A stretch of DNA of 64,000 bases, taken from contig JBCBSD010000003.1 in assembly GCA_039819365.1 (NCBI GenBank), forward strand, positions 69,953 to 133,952, given 5' to 3'. Position numbers and translations under genes: made by a program. Each line of letters begins with the position of its first letter. The first letter of the stretch is position 1. Below the pieces are notes generated by a model. The model had not been told where the DNA came from and did no database searches. It saw nothing but the letters and a program-made list of their open reading frames with translations. Positions 47,702-58,037 of this stretch are shown here, in pieces. The DNA is from Pseudomonadota bacterium. GTDB lineage: Bacteria > Pseudomonadota > Alphaproteobacteria > Sphingomonadales > Sphingomonadaceae.

Positions 47702-48922
47702 ATGGAAGCCGGGCATCTGCTCGCGGCGCTCGCGCTGCTTTTTATCGGCTATGGCGTATTTTCCCGTCCGCTCGGCGCCACCATCGCCCCGGCGCCGCTC
47801 ATCTTCGCCCTGGCCGGGCTGGCGCTCGCCTACGCCGGACTCGTCGATTTCACGATCAATCCCGGCTCGGAAATCCTCCTGCTGTTTGCGGAGTGCACCC
47901 TCGCCCTGGTGCTGTTCGGGGATGCGTCGCGTCTGTCGTTTCGTAAGGTGATCGGGATGAACATCATCGCCCAACGCATGCTGCTGTTCGGCCTGCCATT
48001 GGCGATCCTGTTCGGCACACTCGCCGCGCTCGGACTTTTCCCGCGCATGTTCTGGATGGAGGCGGCTTTGCTCGCCGCGATGCTCGCGCCCACCGACGCC
48101 GCATTGGGCGCGGCAGTCGTTGAGAATGAGAACGTGCCGCTGCGCATTCGCCGCGCAATCGTGACCGAGTCCGGCCTTAATGACGGCCTCGCCGTGCCGT
48201 TCGTCCTGCTGTTCGCGGCGCTGGCGGGCTATGTCGAACTCGGCACGCAGGGCGATTGGAATTTCTGGCTGCGGTTCGCCGCGCAGCAGATCGGGTTCGG
48301 GCTGGTGGCGGGGATCGCTGTCGGATTGGCAGGCGGTTTCGCCATCGTTTGGTCCGCGCGCGCGAACTGGCTCGACCCGCGCTTCGAAACCCTGGCCTGT
48401 ATCGGCGTTGCGGCGGGATCCTTCCTCGCGGCCGAAGCGATTGGCGGCAATGCTTTCGTCTCCGCCTTTGTCGCGGGGCTCAGCTTCGCTGCCATCTGCG
48501 AGGAGCGCACCGGCATGGTCGCGGAATTTGTCGAACAGGAGGGAAAATTCTTCAGCCTGACGCTGTTTTTCGTGTTCGGGCTGGGGCTGGCGCCGATGGT
48601 GATTGCCGAATTCGAATGGGTGTATCTGATCTATGCGCTGCTCAGCCTGACGGTCGTCCGCATGGGCGCCGTGGCGCTATCGCTGATCGGGACGGGGCTC
48701 CGTCTGCCGACCATCGCCTATCTCGGCTGGTTCGGCCCGCGCGGCCTCGCCACCCTCGTCTTCGTATTGCTCGTGTTCGGCGAAGGCATCACCAGCGAAC
48801 CGATCCGCGCGACCGCCTGTCTCGCTATTCTGCTCAGCATCGTCCTGCACGGAATCACCGCCGCGCCCTTCGCCGCCCGCTATGCCCACAGCAAAGCAGC
48901 CAAAGCCGATGGCAAGGAATAG
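47702..48922 (+). CDS. cation:proton antiporter (CPA1/NhaP-like)
   Basis: It is a 406-aa polytopic protein with [12 protein letters not shown] and the [13 protein letters not shown] motif, typical of Na+/H+ exchangers. Confidence 0.85.
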   Translation: MEAGHLLAALALLFIGYGVFSRPLGATIAPAPLIFALAGLALAYAGLVDFTINPGSEILLLFAECTLALVLFGDASRLSFRKVIGMNIIAQRMLLFGLPLAILFGTLAALGLFPRMFWMEAALLAAMLAPTDAALGAAVVENENVPLRIRRAIVTESGLNDGLAVPFVLLFAALAGYVELGTQGDWNFWLRFAAQQIGFGLVAGIAVGLAGGFAIVWSARANWLDPRFETLACIGVAAGSFLAAEAIGGNAFVSAFVAGLSFAAICEERTGMVAEFVEQEGKFFSLTLFFVFGLGLAPMVIAEFEWVYLIYALLSLTVVRMGAVALSLIGTGLRLPTIAYLGWFGPRGLATLVFVLLVFGEGITSEPIRATACLAILLSIVLHGITAAPFAARYAHSKAAKADGKE

Positions 48923-48945
48923 GCCCGGCGGCTAAAGCGGGAGCC

Positions 48946-50709
48946 ATGAAGCCCGCGCTCGATATTGCCCATTCGATCTCCGGCCAGCCCTGGCGCTGGC
49001 GCGGCGGCGCGATCGACGGGCTGAGCGGGAGTTTCCAGCCCGACGACCTGGTGACCGGGCTTCTGCTGTCGCGCGGCTGCGCGCGGGACGAGATCGACAT
49101 CTATCGCACTCCGACGATCCGCGGTTTCATGCCGGACCCGTCGATCTTCCGCGATATGGACCAGGCCGCGGAGCGCATCGTGGCCGCGATAGACGCGCAG
49201 GAACAGGTGACGATCTTCGGCGATTATGACGTGGACGGTGCGACCTCCGCGGCGCTGCTGATCCGGCTGCTGCGCGGTCTTGGGCTGGAGGCCGGCTACT
49301 ACATCCCCGACCGCCTGATGGAGGGGTATGGCCCGTCGGGCGCGGCGCTGGTCAAGCTGGCCGAACAAGGGTCTTCGCTGATCGTAACCGTCGATTGCGG
49401 CGCGCAGGCCTTCGAAGCGCTGCAGCAAGCGAAAGACGCCGGCGTCGACGTGATCGTGGTCGATCATCACAAATGCGCCGCCGAGCTCCCGGTCGCCCAC
49501 AGTCTCGTCAATCCGAACCGGCTCGACGAAGGGGAAGGCGCCGCGCATGGGCATCTGGCGGCAGTCGGCGTAGCCTTTCTGCTGGGCGCGGCCATCGTCC
49601 GGCAGCTCCGCGCGAAGGGCTATTTCGAGACCCGCCCCGAACCGAAATTGATCGAGCTGCTCGATATCGTCGCGCTCGGCACCGTCGCCGATGTCGCGGC
49701 GCTGCACGGCCTCAACCGGGCCTTCGTCGCGCAGGGCCTCAGGGTCATGGCCGCGCAGCGCAATATCGGGATCAACGCGCTGCTCGAAGCTTCGCGGCTG
49801 GACCGTGCGCCGATCGCGTCGGATCTCGGCTTCCGGCTCGGCCCGCGCATCAATGCCGGCGGGCGGGTCGGCAAATCGGATCTCGGCGTGCGGCTGCTGA
49901 CGACCGAAGACCCCGAAGAAGCCAGGGAAATCGCCGCCGAACTCGAACATTTCAACGAGGAACGCCGCGCCATCGAAGCCGCCGTGACCGAACAGGCGCT
50001 GGAACTCGGCAAAGGTCAGGATAACCGCTCGGTTGCACTCGTATCGAGCAAAGGCTGGCATCCCGGCGTGATCGGGATCGTCGCCAGCCGGTTGAAGGAA
50101 AAGCTCCACCGCCCCGCCATCGTGATCGCGCTCGACGATGACGGGATCGGCAAGGGATCGGGCCGCTCGGTCGCGGGCGCCGATCTGGGCAGCGCCGTGC
50201 TGGCTGCCAAGGATAGCGGGTTGCTGATGGCTGGCGGCGGACATCCGATGGCGGCGGGCCTGACGGTTGCGGAAGACAAGATCGAAGCGCTCGCCGATTT
50301 TCTCGACGCACGCATGGCCGACGATGTGACCCGGTCGCGCGGCGAACGCGCGCTGCAGCTCGACGCCGTGGTCGCGCCCGGCGGCGTAACGCCCGCCTTT
50401 GTCGAAGCGCTCGAGGAAGGCGGTCCCTATGGTATGGGCTGGCCCGCGCCGCGCATTGCGACCGGGCCGGTGCGCGTCATCAAGGCCGATATCGTCGGCA
50501 CCGATCATGTCCGCGCGATCGTCGCCGGCGAGGACGGCCGCAGCCTCAAGACCATCGCCTTCCGCGCCGCCGCTACGCCGCTCGGCCAGGCTGTGCTCAG
50601 CGCCGGGACGACCCGCAAGCTCTGGGTCGCAGGACGCGCCAAGATCGACGATTGGGGGCCGCGCCCGGCCGCCGAACTCCATCTGGAGGACGCGGCCTGG
50701 GCGGACTAA
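48946..50709 (+). CDS. recJ: single-stranded-DNA-specific exonuclease RecJ
   Basis: It has the DHH motifs (IFGDYDVDGATSAA, VDCG, VVDHH) and a DHHA1 region (GGGHPMAAG). The start is at MKPALDIAHS; the upstream part of the track ORF overlaps the antiporter out of frame. Confidence 0.95.
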   Translation: MKPALDIAHSISGQPWRWRGGAIDGLSGSFQPDDLVTGLLLSRGCARDEIDIYRTPTIRGFMPDPSIFRDMDQAAERIVAAIDAQEQVTIFGDYDVDGATSAALLIRLLRGLGLEAGYYIPDRLMEGYGPSGAALVKLAEQGSSLIVTVDCGAQAFEALQQAKDAGVDVIVVDHHKCAAELPVAHSLVNPNRLDEGEGAAHGHLAAVGVAFLLGAAIVRQLRAKGYFETRPEPKLIELLDIVALGTVADVAALHGLNRAFVAQGLRVMAAQRNIGINALLEASRLDRAPIASDLGFRLGPRINAGGRVGKSDLGVRLLTTEDPEEAREIAAELEHFNEERRAIEAAVTEQALELGKGQDNRSVALVSSKGWHPGVIGIVASRLKEKLHRPAIVIALDDDGIGKGSGRSVAGADLGSAVLAAKDSGLLMAGGGHPMAAGLTVAEDKIEALADFLDARMADDVTRSRGERALQLDAVVAPGGVTPAFVEALEEGGPYGMGWPAPRIATGPVRVIKADIVGTDHVRAIVAGEDGRSLKTIAFRAAATPLGQAVLSAGTTRKLWVAGRAKIDDWGPRPAAELHLEDAAWAD

Positions 50710-50737
50710 GGTAAGTCGCCCGCAAGAGGAGACAGGG

Positions 50738-51121
50738 ATGTTCGGTCATATCACGCTGGGTTGCGACAATTGGGAACGCGCCAAGCCCTTCTGGCTCGCC
50801 GTCATGGACGTGCTCGGCCACCCGCTTTTCATGGAAACCGACACCGGCGCGGCCTTCGGCGAAGCGACGGGACAAAAGACCTTTATCGGTCCGGCCTATA
50901 ATGGCGAACCGGCTGCGCCCGGCAATGGCGTGCATATCGCCTATCTGGTCAAGGACCGGGAAACGGTCGATGCTTTTCATGCGACCGCCTTGGCCCATGG
51001 CGGATCGGACGAAGGGCCTCCGGGCCTGCGCCCCCATTACCATCCCAACTATTATGGCGCCTATGTCCGCGATCCCGACGGCAACAAGCTCCAGGCGGTC
51101 TGTCACAGCGCGAAGGGATGA
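50738..51121 (+). CDS. VOC (glyoxalase) family protein
   Basis: It runs MFGHITLGCDNWERAKPFW...GYYGAYVRDPDGNKLQAV. GAGGAGA is upstream of the ATG. Confidence 0.8.
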   Translation: MFGHITLGCDNWERAKPFWLAVMDVLGHPLFMETDTGAAFGEATGQKTFIGPAYNGEPAAPGNGVHIAYLVKDRETVDAFHATALAHGGSDEGPPGLRPHYHPNYYGAYVRDPDGNKLQAVCHSAKG

Positions 51122-51183
51122 TGCGGCGCAACACAATGCTTGACCCGCCCCGCGCCCTCGCTTATTGGCGCATCCGCTGGGAC

Positions 51184-51258
51184 GGCCCCTTCGTCTAGCG
51201 GTTAGGACGCGGCCCTTTCACGGCTGAAACACGGGTTCGATTCCCGTAGGGGTCACCA
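51184..51258 (+). tRNA. tRNA-Glu (anticodon UUC)
   Basis: The 75-nt cloverleaf was folded by hand. It has a 7-bp acceptor stem (one G-U), a 3-bp D stem GUC/GAC, the anticodon loop CUUUCAC, the T arm ACGGG-UUCGAUU-CCCGU, and an encoded CCA. Confidence 0.92.
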
Positions 51259-51525
51259 GCATTTTCCCATCCCGCAAGAAATGCGATGCAGACCAGCGGT
51301 CGCGCAGAACCGACGCGAATTGGGTAGCTTACGCGGTTCTTTTCTGGTCAATCCAAAGGAAAGAATGTCGAGGAGCGCCCCTCGCCGAGCGATTGCCGCG
51401 GCGGTCGGCGATGGCTTATCCAGGCCAACTGCGTCGGACCGCCATCCTATGTCCCGATTGAAAGGCCAGCTGGGTTCGTTCATGAAGCAAGGCCTGTCCG
51501 CCAGTTGGCGGGGAATGGGGTGCGG

Positions 51526-52839
51526 ATGGCCGGCAAGAAAAGACAGATCGTCGTGGTCGGCGGCGGGGCCGGCGGATTGGGATTGGTGCGACGGCTCGCC
51601 GCTCGATACGGTAATCGAGATCATGACATCATTCTCGTCGACAGGAATGTGTCGCATATCTGGAAGCCGCTGCTCCACGAGGTCGCCGCCGGATCGCTCG
51701 ATGCCAATCTCGACGAGGTCGGCTATGGCGGGCATGCGGCCCGGTGGAACTATCGCTTCTTTCACGGCGAACTCGAAAGGATCGACCGCGAACAGCGCGA
51801 GATCGTCACCGCGCCCTCCTATGACGATCGCGGCCGTCTCATCACCAGCCGCCACGCTATCCGCTACGACTATCTGGTGCTGGCGGTCGGCGGCGTCTCG
51901 AACGATTTCGGCGTTAATGGCGTGCGCGAACATGCGATGTTTCTCGAACATCGCGGCCAGGCCGACGAATTCCGGCAACGCCTGCTCAATGCGTGCTTGC
52001 GGACGAACGACGAACAACGTCGTGGGGACAGGCACGCAAAGGTGCGCGTGGCCATCGTCGGCGGCGGCGCCACCGGCGTCGAGCTGGCAGCCGAACTGTA
52101 CAATGCGGCCAAGGCGCTGCGCCATTACGGACTAGAAGTGTTCGACGAAACCAAGCTCGAGGTGACGCTCGTCGAGGCCGGGCCGCGTATCCTCCCCGCG
52201 CTCGACCCCGAGCTTGCGGACACCGCGCGGGACGAACTGGAAAAGCTCGGCGTGGCGGTCAAGGTCGATACGCAGGTCAGCAGCGTGGCCGAGGATGGCA
52301 TCGAAACCACGCAAGGAAACCGTCTGCCGGCGGAGATCGTGGTGTGGGCGGCCGGGGTGAAGGGTCCCGACGCATTGCCGTTCGAAAGCGATCTCGAGAC
52401 GACCACGCTCAACACATTTGTCGTAACGCCGACACTCCAGACATCGAAGGACGAGCGGATTTTCGCGATCGGGGATTGCGCGAGCTGCCTCCTGCCGGGC
52501 GAAGCGCGGCCGGTTCCGCCACGCGCGCAGGCCGCCCATCAGATGGCCGATTGCGTCTATGACAATCTCGAGCGGCTGCGGCGCGGAAAAGAACCCAAGC
52601 CGTTCCGCTACCGCGATCGGGGTTCGCTGGTTTCGCTGAGCCGGTTCTCGACCGTCGGCAGTCTCATGGGCAATCTGGTCGGCGGGCGCATGGCTGTCGA
52701 GGGACGCCTGGCGCGCATCGCCTATCTATCGCTGTACCGGCTTCACATCATAGCCATTCACGGCTGGCGCCGCGGGCTGGCGATGATCCTGCTGGGTCAC
52801 GTCAACCGGGTCGTCAGACCGAAGTTGAAACTGCACTAA
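51526..52839 (+). CDS. ndh: type II NADH:quinone oxidoreductase (NDH-2)
   Basis: It carries QIVVVGGGAGGL, a second Rossmann motif VAIVGGGATGVELAAEL, and IFAIGDCA. Confidence 0.9.
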   Translation: MAGKKRQIVVVGGGAGGLGLVRRLAARYGNRDHDIILVDRNVSHIWKPLLHEVAAGSLDANLDEVGYGGHAARWNYRFFHGELERIDREQREIVTAPSYDDRGRLITSRHAIRYDYLVLAVGGVSNDFGVNGVREHAMFLEHRGQADEFRQRLLNACLRTNDEQRRGDRHAKVRVAIVGGGATGVELAAELYNAAKALRHYGLEVFDETKLEVTLVEAGPRILPALDPELADTARDELEKLGVAVKVDTQVSSVAEDGIETTQGNRLPAEIVVWAAGVKGPDALPFESDLETTTLNTFVVTPTLQTSKDERIFAIGDCASCLLPGEARPVPPRAQAAHQMADCVYDNLERLRRGKEPKPFRYRDRGSLVSLSRFSTVGSLMGNLVGGRMAVEGRLARIAYLSLYRLHIIAIHGWRRGLAMILLGHVNRVVRPKLKLH

Positions 52840-53022
52840 ACAGACAAGATCGCCCGCCTCCCCTGGGGCAGCGACTAACGAATGGGTCGGGGTCGCCCCC
52901 ATCCTCGTTGCCAACATCTTTCGAACGCCCGCCGATAGGAAGCACCAATGGCATCCATGATTGCACTCGATCACTTTCTCGCGGATAAGGTCGGCTTTGT
53001 TATCGCGTAAGGGTGGGGTTGT

Positions 53023-54678
53023 ATGAGCGACGGAACGGCGGCAACCGAAGAGCCGCGCGGCATATTGGCGTGGATCGAACGGACCGGAAACCGGCTGCCC
53101 GATCCGGTTTTCATCTTTTTCTATCTGATCCTGATTCTCATTGCGCTCAGCGTTCTCGCCGCGCTCACCAGCTGGTCCGCCGCCCATCCGACGGAGATCG
53201 ACGACGCGACCGGGGTTGCACGGATCATCACCGCCGAAAGCCTGCTATCGGCCAACAATATTCAGCGACTCTGGGTCGATATGCCGACCACCTTCACCCA
53301 TTTCCACCCGCTCGGTTATGTGCTCGTCGTGATGCTCGGTGCCGGCGTCGCGGAACGCTCGGGGCTGTTCGGCACGGCGATGCGCGCGGGCGTGCGCAAC
53401 GCGCCGACTTTCCTCCTGACGCCGATCGTTGCGCTGGTCGCGATGCTCGGAAATCTTGCCGCCGACGCCGCCTATGTCGTGCTGATCCCCTTGGCGGGCA
53501 TTATCTACGCTGCCGCCGGGCGTCATCCGATTGCCGGCATCGCGGCTGCCTTTGCCGGGGTTTCCGGGGGCTTCTCGGCCAATCTCCTGCCCGGCCAGCT
53601 CGACGCACTCCTGTTCGGCATTACCCAGGCTGCGGTCGAAACCGTGTTCCCCGGCTGGGAAGCCAATATCGCCGGCAACTGGTATTTCATCATGGTGATG
53701 ACGGTAGTCTTCCTGCCGGTGATCTGGTTCGTGACCGACAGGATCATCGAGCCGCGGCTCGGTTCCTATACGCCGCAAGGTGGTGCAGCCGTCGCGGCCG
53801 GTGGCGGCGCAACCGCGCATGTCGACGGCGACCCGGCCATGCTCGGCGGCGGCGAACCCGATACCGGCGAGATGCCGGATCCCGATGCGCCGCTGACGAC
53901 CGATCAGAGCAAGGGCCTGCGCAATGCCGGGCTGGCCGCGCTCGCGGTGATCGGCCTGTGGCTGTTCTTCACGCTCGGGCCGGGCACGCCGCTGATCGAC
54001 GAGAGCGCCCCCGCCGAAGCGCAGCTTTCGCCTTTCTACCGCTCGCTTGTCGCTGCCTTCTTCATCCTCTTCCTTGCATGCGGCTGGGCCTATGGCCGCG
54101 CGGCCGGGACGATCGGCGACCATCGCGATCTCGTGAAAATGATGTCGGCATCGATGGCCGATCTCGCCTATTATCTCGTGCTGGCGTTCGCCGCCGCGCA
54201 TTTCGTGGCGATGTTCGCCTGGTCGAATATGGGCCTGATTCTCGCGGTAAAGGGCGCGGACGGCTTGCAGGCGCTCGCCCTGCCCGCACCGCTGCTCCTC
54301 GCGCTGATCGTGATCTTCGTCGGCCTGCTCAACCTGTTCGTCGGATCGGCGAGCGCGAAATGGGCGCTTGTCGCGCCGGTCCTCGTGCCGATGCTGATGC
54401 TGCTCGGGATTAGCCCGGAAATGACGACGGCCGCCTATCGCGTCGGTGACAGCGCGACCAATATCATCACACCGCTGATGGTCTATTTCCCGCTGATCCT
54501 GATCTTCTGCCAGCGCTGGCAGAAGGATTTCGGGCTCGGAAGCCTTGCCGCGACCATGCTCCCCTATTCCATCTTTATGATGGTGGCAGGGATTGTCCTC
54601 GTGTTCGGCTGGGTCGCCCTGGGTATACCGCTCGGGCCGGGGGCGGAGGTCTTCACCGAACTGCCGGTAACGCCCTGA
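53023..54678 (+). CDS. AbgT family transporter (p-aminobenzoyl-glutamate transporter-like)
   Basis: It is a 551-aa polytopic protein. The N-terminus ILAWIERTGNRLPDPVFIFFYL is typical of AbgT/MtrF. Confidence 0.88.
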   Translation: MSDGTAATEEPRGILAWIERTGNRLPDPVFIFFYLILILIALSVLAALTSWSAAHPTEIDDATGVARIITAESLLSANNIQRLWVDMPTTFTHFHPLGYVLVVMLGAGVAERSGLFGTAMRAGVRNAPTFLLTPIVALVAMLGNLAADAAYVVLIPLAGIIYAAAGRHPIAGIAAAFAGVSGGFSANLLPGQLDALLFGITQAAVETVFPGWEANIAGNWYFIMVMTVVFLPVIWFVTDRIIEPRLGSYTPQGGAAVAAGGGATAHVDGDPAMLGGGEPDTGEMPDPDAPLTTDQSKGLRNAGLAALAVIGLWLFFTLGPGTPLIDESAPAEAQLSPFYRSLVAAFFILFLACGWAYGRAAGTIGDHRDLVKMMSASMADLAYYLVLAFAAAHFVAMFAWSNMGLILAVKGADGLQALALPAPLLLALIVIFVGLLNLFVGSASAKWALVAPVLVPMLMLLGISPEMTTAAYRVGDSATNIITPLMVYFPLILIFCQRWQKDFGLGSLAATMLPYSIFMMVAGIVLVFGWVALGIPLGPGAEVFTELPVTP

Positions 54679-54727
54679 CCGGCAAAGCGTTTGGCCAAGC
54701 ACGGAAAAATCCTGCTATGGTCCGGCG

Positions 54728-55210
54728 ATGAGCATGACCGTTATCTTCGCCGTCGCGGCGGTTGTCATCCTGTTGGGCGCGGGCGGCGCGCTCACGAAAA
54801 TCGGGCCCTGGTACCGCAACCTCGACAAACCGAGCTGGAATCCGCCCGACTGGCTGTTCGGCCCGGCCTGGACGATCATTCTCGGCCTGGCGGGTTGGGC
54901 CGGAGTCATCGCCTGGGAAGTCGCGGAGACGGCGGCGGACCAGCAGCGGATACTGGTCCTGTTCGGCGTCAATTTCATGCTCCATCTCTTATGGAGCCCG
55001 CTCTTCTTCATCGCGCGGCGGCCCGACTGGTCGCTGATCGAGGCCTTTTTCCTTTGGGGATCGGTGCTCGCGCTGATGATCGGCCTTGCGCCCTATTCGA
55101 CGATGGCGAGCTGGCTGATCGCGCCCTATCTGGCCTGGGTCAGTTTCGCGATTTTCCTCAACTGGACGATCGTGCGGCTTAACGCGCCTTTCGCCAAAGA
55201 AAGCGCTTGA
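54728..55210 (+). CDS. tspO: TspO/MBR family tryptophan-rich sensory protein
   Basis: It carries WYRNLDKPSWNPPDWLFGPAWTIILGLAGWA and WSPLFF. It is a 160-aa five-TM protein. Confidence 0.9.
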   Translation: MSMTVIFAVAAVVILLGAGGALTKIGPWYRNLDKPSWNPPDWLFGPAWTIILGLAGWAGVIAWEVAETAADQQRILVLFGVNFMLHLLWSPLFFIARRPDWSLIEAFFLWGSVLALMIGLAPYSTMASWLIAPYLAWVSFAIFLNWTIVRLNAPFAKESA

Positions 55211-56587
55211 TCAGCACTCGACGACATTGACGGCCAGACCGCCCTGGCTGGTTTCCTTGTATTTGGACGACATATCGAGGCCTGTCTGGCGCATGGTTTC
55301 GATGACCTGATCGAGGCTCACCCGCATCCGCTCATGCGCGTGCAGCGCCAGCCGGGCCGCGTTGACCGCTTTCACCGCGCCGATCGCGTTGCGCTCGATA
55401 CAGGGAATCTGGACGAGCCCGCCGACCGGATCGCAGGTGAGGCCGAGATTATGCTCCATGCCGATCTCCGCCGCGCTGGCGACCTGGGTCGGCGTCCCGC
55501 CCCAGACGGCCGCGAGCCCGCCGGCCGCCATCGAACAGGCCACGCCGACTTCTCCCTGACACCCCATTTCCGCCCCCGATATCGAGGCGCGCTGTTTGTA
55601 GAGCAGGCCGATCCCGCCCGCCGTCAGCAGGAATTTGCGGACCGCGCTTTGGTCCATATCGTCGCGCGCGCAATAATGGCGGATCACCGCCGGTATGATC
55701 CCGGCCGCGCCATTGGTCGGCGCGGTCACGACCTGTCCACCCGATGCATTTTCCTCGTTCACCGCCATGGCGTAGACGTTGAGCCAGTCGAACAGCTGTT
55801 CCTGCTCGTTGGATTGCGGGGAGGCGCTGAGCTTGGCCCAGAGGCCGGGCGCGCGGCGCGTGACCTTGAGTTCGCCGGGCAGCATCCCCTCGCGTTTCAG
55901 CCCGCGGTCGATACAGGCCATCATGACCGAAGCGATCCGGTCGAGCGCCTGGTCCGTCGCGGCGCGCGGTCGTCGCGCATCCTCATTGGCGTAGATCAGC
56001 TCGTGGATCGCCATATTCTCCGCTTCGCACCAGTCGAGAACCTCCTGGGCGGAGCCGAACGCATAGGGCACGGGTTTTCCCGCCCGGATGATATCGTCCT
56101 TCGCCGGTCGCTCGAGCTGGCGGCGCGACGCGATAAAGCCGCCGCCGGTCGAATAATAGGTCCGCTCGGCCAATGTCGCGCCGTCGGCATCCCTCGCCAG
56201 CAAACGCATACCGTTCGGGTGCAGGTCGGGAATCACATCATAGGCGAAGACGATATCGGTCCCGGGATCGAAATCGATGGTAACGTCCTCGCACAGCGTC
56301 AGCCGCTTCTCCGTGTGGACCACTGCAACCGCGGCATCGGCGGATTGCGGATCGAGCGTTTCGGGCTTCAGCCCCATCAGCCCCAGGATCGCGGCCTTGG
56401 GCGTCGCGTGGCCCGCCCCCGTCAACGCCAGCGACCCTTGCAACTCGACCGTGATCTGCGCCGTGCGTTCGAGCAGGCGCTGCCGTTTCAGGCTGCTGAC
56501 GAACCGCCGGCCGATGCGCATCGGCCCGACCGTATGCGAGCTCGACGGCCCGATACCGATGCGAAAAAGATCCAGAACAGACAGCAT
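55211..56587 (-). CDS. sdaA: L-serine ammonia-lyase, iron-sulfur-dependent
   Basis: It carries [23 protein letters not shown] and the C-terminal Cys-containing alpha domain ([18 protein letters not shown]). Confidence 0.95.
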   Translation of the reverse strand: MLSVLDLFRIGIGPSSSHTVGPMRIGRRFVSSLKRQRLLERTAQITVELQGSLALTGAGHATPKAAILGLMGLKPETLDPQSADAAVAVVHTEKRLTLCEDVTIDFDPGTDIVFAYDVIPDLHPNGMRLLARDADGATLAERTYYSTGGGFIASRRQLERPAKDDIIRAGKPVPYAFGSAQEVLDWCEAENMAIHELIYANEDARRPRAATDQALDRIASVMMACIDRGLKREGMLPGELKVTRRAPGLWAKLSASPQSNEQEQLFDWLNVYAMAVNEENASGGQVVTAPTNGAAGIIPAVIRHYCARDDMDQSAVRKFLLTAGGIGLLYKQRASISGAEMGCQGEVGVACSMAAGGLAAVWGGTPTQVASAAEIGMEHNLGLTCDPVGGLVQIPCIERNAIGAVKAVNAARLALHAHERMRVSLDQVIETMRQTGLDMSSKYKETSQGGLAVNVVEC

Positions 56588-56706
56588 GCGTGGCGCGTCC
56601 CCGATAATGCCCGGCCCCATTAGCCGGTTGCCAGCGGTCCCGCCATCCCGCGCACGCATTTCCAATTGACCCTTGGCGGATAGCGGCCAACCGCTATGAG
56701 GGCGGC

Positions 56707-57291
56707 ATGCCCCGGCCGCGCCTCGTCCTGCTCACCCGCTATCCCGAACCGGGCAAGGCGAAAACGCGCCTGATCCCGGCACTGGGCGAAGCCGGCGCGG
56801 CGGCGATCCATCGCAAGCTGGCCGAGCGCACCGTGGCCGTGATGCGCGAGAGCGGGCTGCCGATGGAAATCCACTTCACCGGCGGGCGGGAAAGCGATTT
56901 CGAACACTGGTTGGGCGAAGGTCCGGCGTATCGCGAACAGCGCGAAGGCGATCTCGGGGAGCGGCTGCGCGCGGCCATCGATCCGCCTCCGGTGGTTTTC
57001 GTCGGCGCGGATTGCCCGAACCTTGCGGCCAAGCATCTTGAACAGGCGGGTACGGCTCTGATGGAAAATGACGTCGTGATCGGCCCCGCCGAAGATGGCG
57101 GCTATTGGCTGATCGGCATCGCGCAAAACCATGGCTGGCTGTTCGCGGATATGGATTGGGGCACGGATGCGGTCCTGCCCGAAACGCTGAAGCGGCTGGC
57201 GAAGCACGATATCGAACCCGTGCTGCTCGAAACGCTGGCGGATTGCGACCGGCCCGAAGACCTTGATCGCTGGCCTTGGCTGACCACATGA
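56707..57291 (+). CDS. DUF2064 / TIGR04282-type glycosyltransferase-like protein
   Basis: It carries LVLLTRYPEPGKAKTRLIPALG, FVGADCPNL and IGPAEDGGYWLIG, as I recall for the CofC-like DUF2064 family. Confidence 0.75.
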   Translation: MPRPRLVLLTRYPEPGKAKTRLIPALGEAGAAAIHRKLAERTVAVMRESGLPMEIHFTGGRESDFEHWLGEGPAYREQREGDLGERLRAAIDPPPVVFVGADCPNLAAKHLEQAGTALMENDVVIGPAEDGGYWLIGIAQNHGWLFADMDWGTDAVLPETLKRLAKHDIEPVLLETLADCDRPEDLDRWPWLTT

Positions 57292-58028
57292 CACAGCGAT
57301 CCCGCAGCGAAGTCGCGATCGTGATCCCGATGCTCGACGAGGAAGCCGCGCTCCCGACCGTTATCGCCAATATCGCCGCGCTCGATCCACAACCGGCCGA
57401 AGTGATCGCCGTCGATGGCGGAAGCTCGGACGGTTCGGTCGAACTCGCCCGTGACGCTGGTTTCCGTATCGTCGAGCATGGCCGTAAAGGCCGGGCGATC
57501 CAGGTCAATCGTGGCGTCGAGGAAGCGACGGCACCGCTCATCTGCGTGCTTCACGCCGACACTGCCTTGCCGGGCGATGCGCTGGCGATCGTCGAGCGCA
57601 CGCTCGCCAATCCGAAGCGCGCGCTGGGCGGATTCACGCCGCTCCTTACCGGCGCCAGAACACGCTGGGGAACAAGCTTTCACAATTGGGCGAAGACCTA
57701 TTACGGCCCGATCCTGCTCCGTCCGCACCTGTTCGTCCGCGGCCTGCGCCTCTTGTTCGGCGATCACGCGATGTTCTTTCGCCGCATGGATTTTCTGGCC
57801 GTCGGGGGCTGCGATCCGGATATGAACATCATGGAAGATGTCGATCTGTGCCTGAGGCTCTGCAAAATCGGCAGCGTGAAGCTCGTCCCGCGTATCGTGA
57901 AGACGTCGGACAGGCGGATCGCCGAATGGGGCGCGCTCAAGGCCAACTGGATCTATATGAAATGCGGAATGAGCTGGGCGTTCGGCCGAAGAACCGGCTT
58001 GGACCGCTGGTATCCGGATATCCGCTAG
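57288..58028 (+). CDS. family 2 glycosyltransferase (TIGR04283-type)
   Basis: It carries VAIVIPMLDEEAALP...VIAVDGGSSDGS. It has an ATGA overlap with the upstream DUF2064 gene. Confidence 0.75.
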   Translation: MTQRSRSEVAIVIPMLDEEAALPTVIANIAALDPQPAEVIAVDGGSSDGSVELARDAGFRIVEHGRKGRAIQVNRGVEEATAPLICVLHADTALPGDALAIVERTLANPKRALGGFTPLLTGARTRWGTSFHNWAKTYYGPILLRPHLFVRGLRLLFGDHAMFFRRMDFLAVGGCDPDMNIMEDVDLCLRLCKIGSVKLVPRIVKTSDRRIAEWGALKANWIYMKCGMSWAFGRRTGLDRWYPDIR

Positions 58029-58037
58029 GACGAGCGC

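Noticed and set aside
48256-48945. This is the N-terminal extension of the recJ ORF. The analogous extensions are 3008-3190 (cytochrome), 50399-50737 (VOC), 61260-61859 (amidohydrolase) and 31750-31770 (phaC).
   Set aside because: The extensions overlap the preceding genes out of frame and lack homology. Internal starts with an RBS give proteins of canonical length with proper N-termini or signal peptides.
51259-51525. I asked whether tRNA-Glu serves as an integration hotspot or genomic island boundary.
   Set aside because: There is no integrase, no repeat of the tRNA 3' end downstream, and ndh follows directly. There is only a weak 7-bp hairpin with a TTTTCT tail (about 51306-51345), too weak to call a terminator.
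52840-53022. I considered a possible riboswitch (for example ZTP/pfl-like CCGCCTGGGGCA and GGGTCG strings) in the abgT leader.
   Set aside because: The ZTP-like sub-motifs are in the wrong order and imperfect. I could not fold any known riboswitch architecture by hand. Only an Infernal/Rfam scan could settle it.
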